Source of the DNA: an uncultured bacterium
GTDB lineage: Bacteria > Verrucomicrobiota > Verrucomicrobiia > Verrucomicrobiales > DEV007
DNA: 64,000 nucleotides
Direction: 5' to 3'
Assembly (NCBI GenBank): GCA_963977015.1
Contig: CAXBMO010000007.1
Coordinates: 32,001-96,000 of the forward strand
The notes under the pieces are model-generated. The model was not told where the DNA came from. It saw only the letters and a program-made list of their open reading frames with translations, and ran no database searches. This document shows, piece after piece, positions 18,356 to 31,351 of this stretch. The first letter of the stretch is position 1. Every line of letters begins with the position of its first letter. Made by a program: the position numbers and the translations under genes.

Positions 18356-19975
18356 TCATGCTTGGCCATCATTCTCAGTCGTTTGGGCATTATCCTCAGT
18401 CTTGTAGGACTCCACGACAAGCCCACTGAGGTACTTGTCCGGATCCGCAACCGCTTCGGCATTCAGCTCAAACAGATTCGTTCCCCGGTTTTTCTGAATC
18501 AATTTCAGCCCAAACTGGTAGTCGCGGAACAATCGATTACAGACCTGCAAGGCGCTGACATTGTCACCAGAAGCTCGATCCGCAATCGCCTGGAGTCCCG
18601 AGTTGTCGAACTGAAGTTTCACTCCGTGCTTCTCATTAAAGTCGCGGCAGAACAGAGCGACTTCCGAAGCAACCTTCTGATCAACCAGATCACCACCATC
18701 TTCCAAACACTTGGCGAGCGCTGCGGCGGGCTCCTCGACCAACGCATCGTCGATAATCAGTTCCGAAATCGACGTCCCGGGAAGCTCAAATTTAAAATCG
18801 CGCAGCAATCGCTCACAAACCGTTACGAGGCCGCGAGCCCCGGTTTGCTCATCGGCCGCTCGTTCCGCGATAATTTTGAGAGCTGCCTCCTTGAATTCCG
18901 CTCGAATTCCAAACGCTTCAAAATCGCGTTCGTATTGGCGAATCAAGCTTCCTTCGCTATCCCGCAAAATCGCAAACAAGTCCTCTGACGAGAGCTGCTC
19001 ACACACCACCCGAACCGGCAATCGACCGATAAACTCGGCTTCAAAACCGTATTTCATGAAGTCCTGGGTGGAAACGTGCCGAAAGATCTCGTTATCGAAG
19101 GGAATATCCCGCAATTCCGCGCCAAATCCCATGGTTCCTTGCCGCATTCGGTCGCTCACCACTTTCTCTAGCCCCGAAAATGCTCCGCTCACGATAAAGA
19201 GAATGTGTCGGGTATTCACCGTTTCTGCGCCCTTCTTCCCCTTCTGCATATCAAACATCGCCTGCATCTGCGATTGCATATCCATCGGGTTGCGCAACGG
19301 AACCTCGGTTTCTTCCATCAGCTTCAACAGCGTCGTCTGGACGCCTCGGCCACTGACATCGCGGCCAATCATGTCTCCCCGGGTCGCCAGTTTGTCGACC
19401 TCATCGATGTAGACGATGCCGTATTCCGCGAGTTCCACATTTCCATCGGCCTTTTGCACCAACTCGCGAATGAGATCATCGACATCCGCCCCGACATAGC
19501 CCGTTTCGCTAAACTTGGTCGCATCCGCCTTGACGAACGGCACGCCGATCAGCTCGGCGATGTGCTTCACGAGATAGGTTTTCCCAACTCCGGTAGGCCC
19601 AACGATGATCACGTTTTGCTTCGCGATCTCGACTTGGCGGGCGGCCTCGGGATCCTCTGATTCCAGGCGACGCAGATACTTTGCGTGGTTGTAGTGATCA
19701 CAAACCGCAATTGACAAGACCTTCTTGGCCTCATCCTGCTTGATCACATAGCGATCCAGATAGGCCTTGATGTCACGAGGGCGTAAATTGAAGTCAAAGA
19801 CGTCTTCGTAACTTTTCTCGGGTTCCACTTCGACCTCTTCCGGCACAGCCGTTGCGTTGGATTGGTCGAATTGCGTAAATGAAACCGCTCCTGGAAAACT
19901 GGTTTTTACAAAATCCGCCAGCTTTCGAGAAATTTCTTCGGGGGTTGGCGGGGGATCGTCATTTCCATTGGACAT
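18356..19975 (-). CDS. ClpX-like AAA+ ATPase (no zinc-binding domain, extended C-terminus)
   Basis: YLDRYVIKQDEAKKVLSIAV, GPTGVGKT, GYVG pore loop, IVYIDEVDK, RDVSGRGVQ, MGF loop, EFIGRLP, TGARGL. Confidence 0.9.
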   Translation of the reverse strand: MSNGNDDPPPTPEEISRKLADFVKTSFPGAVSFTQFDQSNATAVPEEVEVEPEKSYEDVFDFNLRPRDIKAYLDRYVIKQDEAKKVLSIAVCDHYNHAKYLRRLESEDPEAARQVEIAKQNVIIVGPTGVGKTYLVKHIAELIGVPFVKADATKFSETGYVGADVDDLIRELVQKADGNVELAEYGIVYIDEVDKLATRGDMIGRDVSGRGVQTTLLKLMEETEVPLRNPMDMQSQMQAMFDMQKGKKGAETVNTRHILFIVSGAFSGLEKVVSDRMRQGTMGFGAELRDIPFDNEIFRHVSTQDFMKYGFEAEFIGRLPVRVVCEQLSSEDLFAILRDSEGSLIRQYERDFEAFGIRAEFKEAALKIIAERAADEQTGARGLVTVCERLLRDFKFELPGTSISELIIDDALVEEPAAALAKCLEDGGDLVDQKVASEVALFCRDFNEKHGVKLQFDNSGLQAIADRASGDNVSALQVCNRLFRDYQFGLKLIQKNRGTNLFELNAEAVADPDKYLSGLVVESYKTEDNAQTTENDGQA

Positions 19976-20056
19976 ACCCTATCATTATTGCGGAGAACCA
20001 CGCTCCTAACAAGTCGATGCGTGGATTTTGCCAGGATTTAACGCCGGTGCTCCCGT

Positions 20057-20623
20057 TTACTGCAGCACCCAACGAAGAATTCCCGCTTCCACCGTCCCTT
20101 TTCCCGAGATTTGCGCTCCTCCAGCATTGCCCCCGGCCACGATCGAACCACCGGAGATGCGTATGGCGCCGCCTCCACGCAGCTGAAAGGACTGATTCGA
20201 GGTTTTCTCCACAAATTTCTCATGCCCCTGACCTTTCACCTCAATTTCGAGCCCCTTGGTTGAGGTTTTGCGCTGCTTATGCTCGTCTTCGATCAGGTAA
20301 CCGGTTTCGGATGTTGCGAAAAAGAATGGGCGAGTGGACCAACCTTTTTCGGGTTGATCGTTTGATGACACCGCGATCCAGACCTTCAAACCGGCAGGAA
20401 CCTCGGAAAAGGTAAAATCGCCAGCCGCTTCCGTCGTCACCTCCTGATGGTAACCGTCACCGAGAAGTTGAACCTTTTGCCCGGCTGCCAGCACACCATT
20501 AGCCAGGAGTTTCCCATTCAGACTCAGGGTCTCGGGAGGAGCCGCCATGACACTCCAGAGCTGAAAAATTCCGATCAAGGTCAGGGGACGGATTTTATTG
20601 AGAGCCAACTTTGTCGTCGTCAT
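20057..20623 (-). CDS. Hypothetical exported protein with carboxypeptidase-regulatory-like beta-sandwich
   Basis: Signal-like N-terminus; LNGKLL..G..V.L...TTEAAGDFTFSEVPAG pattern. Confidence 0.55.
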   Translation of the reverse strand: MTTTKLALNKIRPLTLIGIFQLWSVMAAPPETLSLNGKLLANGVLAAGQKVQLLGDGYHQEVTTEAAGDFTFSEVPAGLKVWIAVSSNDQPEKGWSTRPFFFATSETGYLIEDEHKQRKTSTKGLEIEVKGQGHEKFVEKTSNQSFQLRGGGAIRISGGSIVAGGNAGGAQISGKGTVEAGILRWVLQ

Positions 20624-20673
20624 GGGTTTTGGGGTGTTTGTTTCCGGTTGGATCGGGACGGATCCCGGGTTAA

Positions 20674-21711
20674 ATGAACCGCAGAATGGGTATTTGTCCC
20701 ACTTTGATTCTCGCGCCGATGCAAAACGTGACCAATTTGCCGTTTTGGCGAGTTCTTGCGCGAAGAGGTGGTCCCGACATCTACGTGACGGAGTATTTCC
20801 GCGTTCACGTTAACTCCTGCCCCGAACCCTTCATCGCGCGCTCCATCATCGAGAACTCCACCGGTAAGCCGGTTTTCGCGCAAATGATCGGAAACGATCC
20901 GGTCCATCTCGTCCGGACAGCCCGGGAACTGGAGAAGCTGCCGATCGCCGGCATTGATTTGAACTTGGGATGCCCGGCCCCGTCCGTTTGCGGTAAACAA
21001 TCCGGTGGGGCGCTCTTGCGGAATCACGAACGGATCCGGGAAATCGTCCATTCCCTGCGCGAAGTCGTAACCGGCAAGGTCACGGTCAAAACAAGGATTG
21101 GCTTCGAAGCTCCCGGTGAGTTTGATGATCTGCTAGGCCTCTTCGCGGATCTCCCGATCGACCATCTCGCGATCCACGGACGAACCGTGCGGGAACGCTA
21201 TCAATCCCAAATTCACACCGAAAAGATTCGTGAAGCCGTTCGCCAACTCCCCTTCCCGGTGATCGCCAACGGGAACATCGTTTCCGTCGAAACCGCGCAA
21301 TCCATCAAACAGCTGACGGATGCCGCCGGGCTGATGATTGGTCGAGGGGCGATTCGCAACCCGTGGCTTTTCGAGCAAATCCGCCAATTCGAAAGCCACC
21401 GACCCGTTTTCCGCCCCACGTTGCAGGATCTCCATTCCTACATTCTGGAGCTCTTCGACGAGGTCGCCTCTGAAGCCGACAACTTTGCCGAAGAAAATCA
21501 CGTTCACCGCATGAAGAAATACACCAACTACATCGCGAACGGAATTTCCGGCGGCCAATTCGAGGCCCAACTACGCCGAACGAGGACTTCCGCGGAATTT
21601 CATGAAGTCTGCGGGGAGCATCTTCAATCAAACGAGTTGCTCCCCGATGAACCAACCGAGGACGGAAAATTGTTTTGCGGCTTTTCCAGCCTCCTTGGTT
21701 TTGCTGGCTGA
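20674..21711 (+). CDS. tRNA-dihydrouridine synthase family protein
   Basis: LILAPM, IDLNLGCP, GGALL, VTVKTRIG, IHGRT, VIANGNI, MIGRGAIRNPWLF. Confidence 0.93.
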   Translation: MNRRMGICPTLILAPMQNVTNLPFWRVLARRGGPDIYVTEYFRVHVNSCPEPFIARSIIENSTGKPVFAQMIGNDPVHLVRTARELEKLPIAGIDLNLGCPAPSVCGKQSGGALLRNHERIREIVHSLREVVTGKVTVKTRIGFEAPGEFDDLLGLFADLPIDHLAIHGRTVRERYQSQIHTEKIREAVRQLPFPVIANGNIVSVETAQSIKQLTDAAGLMIGRGAIRNPWLFEQIRQFESHRPVFRPTLQDLHSYILELFDEVASEADNFAEENHVHRMKKYTNYIANGISGGQFEAQLRRTRTSAEFHEVCGEHLQSNELLPDEPTEDGKLFCGFSSLLGFAG

Positions 21712-21934
21712 TTCACGGTCTGACCGTAAGATTCCACGCCAAAGTCGCCCAAGACACTGACGTCCGCGGAAAAAGACCTCCTCACTTCAGGCGCTGGATC
21801 GAAGAAGACGCGGAATGGAGCGACCATTGGGCATTCATCCCGCCCCGGCAAGCCGCGGTTCCTGAGTCCGCGAAGCCAATCATGATGGCGCCAAAGTGGA
21901 TAAGGGTTTATTGGCCTAGCATCAGTCGGCCAAT

Positions 21935-22624
21935 CTATTTGCCCCACGCGCCGACTTTCTTCTGCTTTGCCGCCGCCTCCCGACTGCGCAGGAAGTCCTT
22001 GTATTCGCGCCAGCCTCTTCCATCTGGAGTGGGCTCCCCATGGGTGTGAATTCTCGCCAAGCCCTTATCCACCAAAAGTTGAGAAAGGTAAACCGAACTG
22101 CCCGCCCCGCTGTCCAACTCCACAAAACCGTGAAACCGCTCTCCATCGTAAACGCGATCCCACTTTGTATAGACGGTGAATGGCGTTCGCCGTAGCAACT
22201 CTAAAACAACGTTCTTACTCTCGTTTCCCAAAGCAACCGTCTGTTCCACGGTCAATCCAAAGTCGCCCGCCTGGTCTCTCACCCGCTCTCGTTGCGACTC
22301 ATGCCGATCACTGAGGTATTTCTCCGCAGTATCGACGAAATACAAACGAAGCTCAAACTCGCGCCCTTGATGCCTCACGAAAAAACTGTCGCCATCATTA
22401 TTCCGGTGTTCGACCAATACGCATCCCGAAAGTCGCTCATATTCCCCCTTTTTACCAGAGACTTGAATTAGCCCTGCCTCTTTCCCTGCTTCCACATCCC
22501 CATCCGATGCCGCTTCATCGAGATCGAGCCCCAAGACTGCCGCCAAAATCAAAATCCCAACCCCGGCAAGCTTTACGGGCACACTACGATTTTTGAGAAG
22601 ATCTACGAGTTCGGACGTCTTCAT
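21935..22624 (-). CDS. Thermonuclease (SNase-like) family protein
   Basis: N-terminal TM, DGDSF, LRLYFVDTAE, LVDKGLAR, EAAAKQKKVGAWG. ATG 22624. Confidence 0.8.
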   Translation of the reverse strand: MKTSELVDLLKNRSVPVKLAGVGILILAAVLGLDLDEAASDGDVEAGKEAGLIQVSGKKGEYERLSGCVLVEHRNNDGDSFFVRHQGREFELRLYFVDTAEKYLSDRHESQRERVRDQAGDFGLTVEQTVALGNESKNVVLELLRRTPFTVYTKWDRVYDGERFHGFVELDSGAGSSVYLSQLLVDKGLARIHTHGEPTPDGRGWREYKDFLRSREAAAKQKKVGAWGK

Positions 22625-22777
22625 TACCTGCCAACCATTGCGGAAACGCCCCTCAAAGCAAGCAGATCTTCCCAACGACATCCACCCAGCAAACCGATCA
22701 GCCGAGCTAATATAACATAATACCCGCCCCCTGAACACGAGAGCTCCGCAGTAAATACCATCAAAAACTCGGCCCCG

Positions 22778-22834
22778 TATTTAATATACAAATTCCGCCA
22801 TTGTAAAACCCACATATTTAATATATATTTAATA
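22778..22834. promoter_or_regulatory. AT-rich divergent promoter region with three TATTTAATA direct repeats
   Basis: TATTTAATA at 22778-22786, 22815-22823 and 22826-22834, between the divergent nuclease and kinase genes. Confidence 0.45.
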
Positions 22835-22878
22835 CCTAACTACCTCATTCTATTTGATCCGCGACAGAAACCAAGGCG

Positions 22879-24375
22879 ATGCTCCCTTCTCCTACGCTCC
22901 ATAAGCAGACCCCTCCCCCTGCAATATCCTTCGCTCACGCTACCGATACCACTATTGAACTCGAGTCTGCGCGCTCCAAATTGAAACAACACGAACTGAT
23001 TTTTAGGCAGCTCGACAATATAGCATCTCAACACCTCTCCTCAAACACCAGTCAGGACGCAAGGAGAGCATCTCTCGACGCTTCCCAGCCCTCATTGGTC
23101 GCAAATTTCCAGGCTATCATTGACTCCGTCGAACAAAATAGGAGCCAGCTTGAGAAACAAAGAACTCATGCAGAACAGGCAGCCAAGGGAAAGGATCTGT
23201 TCCTAGCAAGCATGAGCCATGAGATCAGAACCCAATTGAATGGAATGACGGGAATTTTGGAGCTTCTCCTCAATGATAATCAGTTGCTCGAAAACCAGAG
23301 AGCCTCCCTGATGACCATGAAGCGATCATCCGGCACGTTAAAGAGGATTCTGAATGATATATTGGACTATACCCAACTCTGCGCCTACGAGGTTCAGCTG
23401 GAGTCTGTCTCCTTCTCTCCAGCCAACACAGTTCAGGAAGTGGTCTCCATGTTTGAAGCTAACGCTCGAGCCAAGGGCTTGAGCCTTCTTTCAATGGTCT
23501 CCGAGCAGGTACCGGAATCCGTCGAAGGCGATGAGGCTCGACTCCGGCAGGTGTTATCAAACCTACTTGGCAATGCAATCAAATTTACAAATTCAGGACG
23601 CGTCGGTGTCTTCCTTACCGGCGAATCCCGAGAAGATGGTGGCACCGAACTGCAATTTGAAGTTCTGGATACCGGAATCGGGTTATCTCAAGACCAGCTC
23701 TCTGAATTGTTTCAGCCGTTCGCACAAGGGGACGCCACGACCAAGCGAAAGTATGGTGGGAGCGGCTTGGGACTTCTGATCTGCAAAAATCTGGTCGAAC
23801 GAATGGGAGGATCCATTCATGTCCAAAGTGAACCTGGAGTTGGATCTGAATTCCAATTTTCCATTCTCGTTGATCAAGACGCCAAGCTCGAAAGTGATAG
23901 CTCAGCACCGGACATTACGATCTTGCCCAGGGGCGACGAACTCCAAGAGGTCCGTCGCAAAGTGCTTCTTGCTGAAGACAACGAAGTGAATCAGATCGTC
24001 GCCAAGATGACTCTTGAACGGCTTGGCTATGAGGTGGATGTCGCCAACGACGGAGGAGAAGCCATCACGGCAGCAACGGAACGTGACTATGATTTAATCT
24101 GCATGGATGTGACGATGCCAGAAATAGATGGCCTAGAGGCAACTCGCCGGATTCGCAAGCTTGAACAGCCGTCCTCTGACGCCCTTATCATCGCCATGAC
24201 AGGCCACGCGTTCAGTGAAGACAGGATTCGTTGCCTCGATGCCGGTATGGATGACTTCATTTCGAAACCGTTCGAAATCGAGCAATTGAAAGTCACGATC
24301 GAACGCGGCTGGTCCTCCCCAAGATTCACGACAGAAGCAACGGACACCCATCGTCCTGAAGTGAAAGTTGCTTAG
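22879..24375 (+). CDS. Hybrid sensor histidine kinase/response regulator
   Basis: HisKA FLASMSHEIRT, N-box NLLGNAIKFT, G1 DTGIG, G2 GSGLGL, receiver LLAEDN..ICMDVTMP..ISKP. Confidence 0.93.
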   Translation: MLPSPTLHKQTPPPAISFAHATDTTIELESARSKLKQHELIFRQLDNIASQHLSSNTSQDARRASLDASQPSLVANFQAIIDSVEQNRSQLEKQRTHAEQAAKGKDLFLASMSHEIRTQLNGMTGILELLLNDNQLLENQRASLMTMKRSSGTLKRILNDILDYTQLCAYEVQLESVSFSPANTVQEVVSMFEANARAKGLSLLSMVSEQVPESVEGDEARLRQVLSNLLGNAIKFTNSGRVGVFLTGESREDGGTELQFEVLDTGIGLSQDQLSELFQPFAQGDATTKRKYGGSGLGLLICKNLVERMGGSIHVQSEPGVGSEFQFSILVDQDAKLESDSSAPDITILPRGDELQEVRRKVLLAEDNEVNQIVAKMTLERLGYEVDVANDGGEAITAATERDYDLICMDVTMPEIDGLEATRRIRKLEQPSSDALIIAMTGHAFSEDRIRCLDAGMDDFISKPFEIEQLKVTIERGWSSPRFTTEATDTHRPEVKVA

Positions 24376-24399
24376 TTAGCAGTTAGCCGGGCAACTCAT

Positions 24400-27300
24400 T
24401 TAGACACTGCGCATCTTTCGAAGAACGCTGAGCCAAACCAGCGTCACAACAACGATCCCGAACCCAAGCAGTACCAGCGCATCGAGGTAGACGGTCTTGA
24501 TATTCACGACCTTTTCCCTCCGATTTCCATCCAAATCCCACCATTTAAGTTGGAATTGGCGCTTAGCACCGAAGAAGATGTTGGGATGGTATTTCTTTCG
24601 ATAGTCGGTTCGCTCCATCTCTGCCCTGGTGAACAAATCTCCTAGTTCTTCATTAAGATAGAGACCATCGGAACTCACCCAATTGTCGCCACGATCCCTG
24701 GCGTCAACGCTGAATTCCGCGGGATCCAGTTTCCCTTTTTTGAGGGCCTTCTTTAGTCGCCAAAGTTTCGAACGGAGTTGCCTAGGCGACTCTGCGGAAA
24801 GGCCCGCCAGAATGGCCAACCCTTCTTTGGCATTCGAAAACGCGAGTTCCTGCTTCTCGGTCAAATCTCTAATCACGGCCAACTCTTTGATGGTATCCTC
24901 CAGATCATTCTGGAGCGCACTAACCGGGTTGTATTCGGCGTGTGAAATGATGATCCCCTCGTAGGACCAACGCAGCGGCATAATTTGGCAAATTTCAGGA
25001 ACTTCCAGTTTGCTGCCACCTTTTCGCTCTTGCTCGTCAACTGGCCGAAACCAACCTTTGGCCGCCGATATGAGATTTACTCCACGATTCATTTCCTCGT
25101 ATTTGATCAGCGCTCCACCCAATATGATTTGAGGGATGAGTACCAATGGAATCACATTCAACGCCGTCATGATGTTCGGCACCAGGCTCGAAATCAGCAG
25201 CCCCGCGACCACCCCAATAATTGCGGTGCTTCCCATCCAAAACAGTTCGACCCAGAACATGTCTCGGATGGCCAGAATTGCGTCTCCAATCAAAAGATAA
25301 ATAATGCATTGAAGAATCGCAAACACCGAGAGTGCCATCACTTTGGTTAGCACATAGGACGTAGCGCGAAGTCGATGATTTCGTTCTCGCTGCAGGAGGG
25401 TTCGATCCCTCAAAATCTCTTCCGCACTGTTCATCAGCCCAAGAAACATACCAATCAAGAGCGTTAGAAAAAGATAGGCTGGGATATGAGCAGCCGAAGC
25501 AAAATTATACGCTCCATCCTCACTGTATCTTAAAACAAAAGACACCAGGATCGCAAGAATGGGCGCGAGTAGGAGCGTGGTCGCCAGGTTCCCCTTGTTG
25601 CGGAGTTTACTGAGAAAAGCCCTTTTGAAAAGGGTTCCAAATTGCAGGAATTCGTGCCGGATGGACCTTGAAACCATGGGCGGCGGTTTGACGGGATTCG
25701 GATCCGTCTCGGCCTGATCCAACTGGACTTCCTCGATCAATCGGTAGGTTTGAAAGCGATCTCGCCAGAAATTGGGACTGAATCTTCGGGCCGCGACAAG
25801 TTGCCCCCGCCGGTCTTCCTCATAGATCACATCTCCACTTAGATCTCGTAAAGGCGTCTCCAAGACGTCAAAAATGAAATCCGGCTGCCTGATCGTTGGC
25901 ACTTTAACATCAGCCGCCAACTCCGCCCGCATGTTCTCCTCTTCTTCAACTCGCCCAAAGTATTTCAACATCTGTTGGGGTGTTCCAAAAAACGCGAGTT
26001 TACCGCCATGATCCAAGAGGATGGCCTTGTTAAACATCTGAAAGAGACGGGCACTCGGTTGATGTATACTGACAAAAACAATCTTGTTGTGTGCCAGCCC
26101 CCGAATGATTTCCAGGACATGTTCACTGTCCTTTGATGACAACCCCGAAGTCGGCTCATCAAACATGTAAACGTCCGAAATCCCTACCATATCCAGACCC
26201 ACATTGAGGCGCTTTCGCTGCCCTCCGCTCAACGTTTTGTTATGGGTCTCATCTCCAACAGGACGATGCCGAAACTCGTTCAATCCCAGCTCAACCAGCT
26301 TTGCATCCACCCTGCGTTTACGGTCGGCATCCCGAAGATGCGGCGCCCGAACCGCTGCGGCTAAATCCAGATTTTCTTCAACACTAAGCAGAGGATCAGT
26401 CGCTTCATCGTGGGGAATAAAAGATATGTAGGGAGTCACTCTGCGCCGGTTTCTTGAGGACTTGTACATGTCGACCCCATTGATCAAGACCCGCCCTTCA
26501 TCAGGCTTGAACTGCCCTGCAAGGGTCCGCAATAAGGTGCTCTTTCCGCACCCGCTTGGCCCCATGACACAGATCATTTCCCCACGCTGGGCTCGAAAAC
26601 TGATCGCATCCAACGCGAGATTTCGTTTGCCATAGAACGTGCTCACCTCATCCACTTGAAGCCTCCTGACGACGTTCTTTTCTTCCTCAATGATCCCTTC
26701 CCCAAAGTGGCATCGGAGAAACTGCCCGTCCCCAACCGTTATGGTGTCCCCATCTTTGAGGGCCGCACTCTCCCGAACCAACGTCTCACCAATGTAAATA
26801 GCCCGGTCACTTTCCAAAATTTCCAAGTGCCCTGCTTTTTGTTCGTAGTCGCAGAAAATCTGCAACAGCAACTTACCCTCCGTATCTTCCGACAACAAAA
26901 TGTCACCTTCGCGGAGTAAAGTCGGAATGTTGGAAATCCGGTAGTCGGAGCGAGTTGGATTTAAATCGAATCGCCCGCCAAGAACTCGTGCTCGGCGTCG
27001 CAAATCGCTGATGAGGATCTCACGACGGTCTTTGAAGATAATCCGATCCCGCAAAGAGACCTCCAACGTGGTATTTGCATCAAGCGGCGTTCCGTTGATT
27101 TCTCCCTTCGTCTTACGCAGCACCCGAAGCTTGATGCCCAGACCAAAATCGAGCTGTAGGTGGCTCTGTTTCGTTTTCGCTTTTTCGACGTAAGGGTCCC
27201 CGGCACTTGTGAACGAGACAAACAGACGATTCTCGGAAACATTCTTCTTCGCGTTGAAATAGAAGATCAGGTCCTGATAGTCGAGAACGAGTTCGCCCAA

Positions 27301-28068
27301 CAGGATCCGTTGCCCTTCGAACAATCGGATGAATTCCCCTTTTCGAATCTGCCGTCCCCGCATGATGACAGCCTCTTCCCCAATGTTTTTTACGAGGATG
27401 AGTTCCTGAAAGCGAAAAGCCACGACGCAATTCTGGGGACGCAACGTTGGCAATACAACATCAGCAGGTTTCTCCCGGGCAATGTGCAACGTCTCAAGCG
27501 GCTGAGCCTGGGACTCTCCCTCAGCGGGAACCGGCGCCGGGGACGGTGAATCCAGCTCGCTCGTGTTCAGCTGATAAACGATATCGATCGCCTCGGAAGC
27601 GATGCCGAGGTTGGTCATGAACAAATAGAAGGCAATCAGATGATCTTTCTGAAGATCCGCCCGCGAAATGAGGGCATAAAGCTGAACACCGAGCATAATC
27701 TTGTCCTCGGTCGCCAGATTTCCCGCCAACTCCTTGGCCATCTCGTTCAGGTCATGGGCCTCCTGAAGGGCGCTCCGGTAGAGCTCTCTCAATTCTGAAT
27801 AAACCGTCTCGGGATAGTCGTAGCGCAAAAATCCCAACGCCTGATCAATCTCCCGCTCTTCGATTTCGCCATCAACTTTGGTAAAACCTGCGAAAACCTG
27901 AATTAGAATCGGCAAATTGGTGTGCCGGGTCCGCTGACGCTGGGTTCGAGACCAACGTCGCTTCCAGCGCTTCCAATGGGGCTCACGACCGCTCGCTGAA
28001 AGTCGATGTCTGGGCTTCTTTCCAGTTGCCGTTACTTTGGTGGCGGCCTTGCCGCTACGGTCGTGCAT
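24400..28068 (-). CDS. ABCG/ABC-2-type transporter, fused ATPase-permease with N-terminal TerB-like and FHA-like domains
   Basis: GPSGCGKS, LSGGQ, MFDEPTSGL, SIHQP; about 6-7 C-terminal TMs; N-terminal FTKVDGEIEERE helical domain. Confidence 0.88.
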   Translation of the reverse strand: MHDRSGKAATKVTATGKKPRHRLSASGREPHWKRWKRRWSRTQRQRTRHTNLPILIQVFAGFTKVDGEIEEREIDQALGFLRYDYPETVYSELRELYRSALQEAHDLNEMAKELAGNLATEDKIMLGVQLYALISRADLQKDHLIAFYLFMTNLGIASEAIDIVYQLNTSELDSPSPAPVPAEGESQAQPLETLHIAREKPADVVLPTLRPQNCVVAFRFQELILVKNIGEEAVIMRGRQIRKGEFIRLFEGQRILLGELVLDYQDLIFYFNAKKNVSENRLFVSFTSAGDPYVEKAKTKQSHLQLDFGLGIKLRVLRKTKGEINGTPLDANTTLEVSLRDRIIFKDRREILISDLRRRARVLGGRFDLNPTRSDYRISNIPTLLREGDILLSEDTEGKLLLQIFCDYEQKAGHLEILESDRAIYIGETLVRESAALKDGDTITVGDGQFLRCHFGEGIIEEEKNVVRRLQVDEVSTFYGKRNLALDAISFRAQRGEMICVMGPSGCGKSTLLRTLAGQFKPDEGRVLINGVDMYKSSRNRRRVTPYISFIPHDEATDPLLSVEENLDLAAAVRAPHLRDADRKRRVDAKLVELGLNEFRHRPVGDETHNKTLSGGQRKRLNVGLDMVGISDVYMFDEPTSGLSSKDSEHVLEIIRGLAHNKIVFVSIHQPSARLFQMFNKAILLDHGGKLAFFGTPQQMLKYFGRVEEEENMRAELAADVKVPTIRQPDFIFDVLETPLRDLSGDVIYEEDRRGQLVAARRFSPNFWRDRFQTYRLIEEVQLDQAETDPNPVKPPPMVSRSIRHEFLQFGTLFKRAFLSKLRNKGNLATTLLLAPILAILVSFVLRYSEDGAYNFASAAHIPAYLFLTLLIGMFLGLMNSAEEILRDRTLLQRERNHRLRATSYVLTKVMALSVFAILQCIIYLLIGDAILAIRDMFWVELFWMGSTAIIGVVAGLLISSLVPNIMTALNVIPLVLIPQIILGGALIKYEEMNRGVNLISAAKGWFRPVDEQERKGGSKLEVPEICQIMPLRWSYEGIIISHAEYNPVSALQNDLEDTIKELAVIRDLTEKQELAFSNAKEGLAILAGLSAESPRQLRSKLWRLKKALKKGKLDPAEFSVDARDRGDNWVSSDGLYLNEELGDLFTRAEMERTDYRKKYHPNIFFGAKRQFQLKWWDLDGNRREKVVNIKTVYLDALVLLGFGIVVVTLVWLSVLRKMRSV

Positions 28069-28318
28069 AAGTGAGGATCAGAATTCCGGTAATTAGACGG
28101 GAAAAGGAGTTTCTCACAATATCATACTTTAGCGAAGCCTGCCGAGGCGGAATCTCGATGCCCCCCAGGGAGCGTTTGAAAATGATGACGGACGCGCAAG
28201 TTGTTCCACTTTTTCAAACACCCGCTGGCACATTGAGTAGTCCGCCATCGCAACCATTGGCAAAAACCTGCCAGGCCAAGTTTGAAAAACCACCTTGGAG
28301 AGGCCTTCGTTGATGAAC

Positions 28319-31348
<3,030 letters not shown>

Positions 31349-31351
31349 CGG

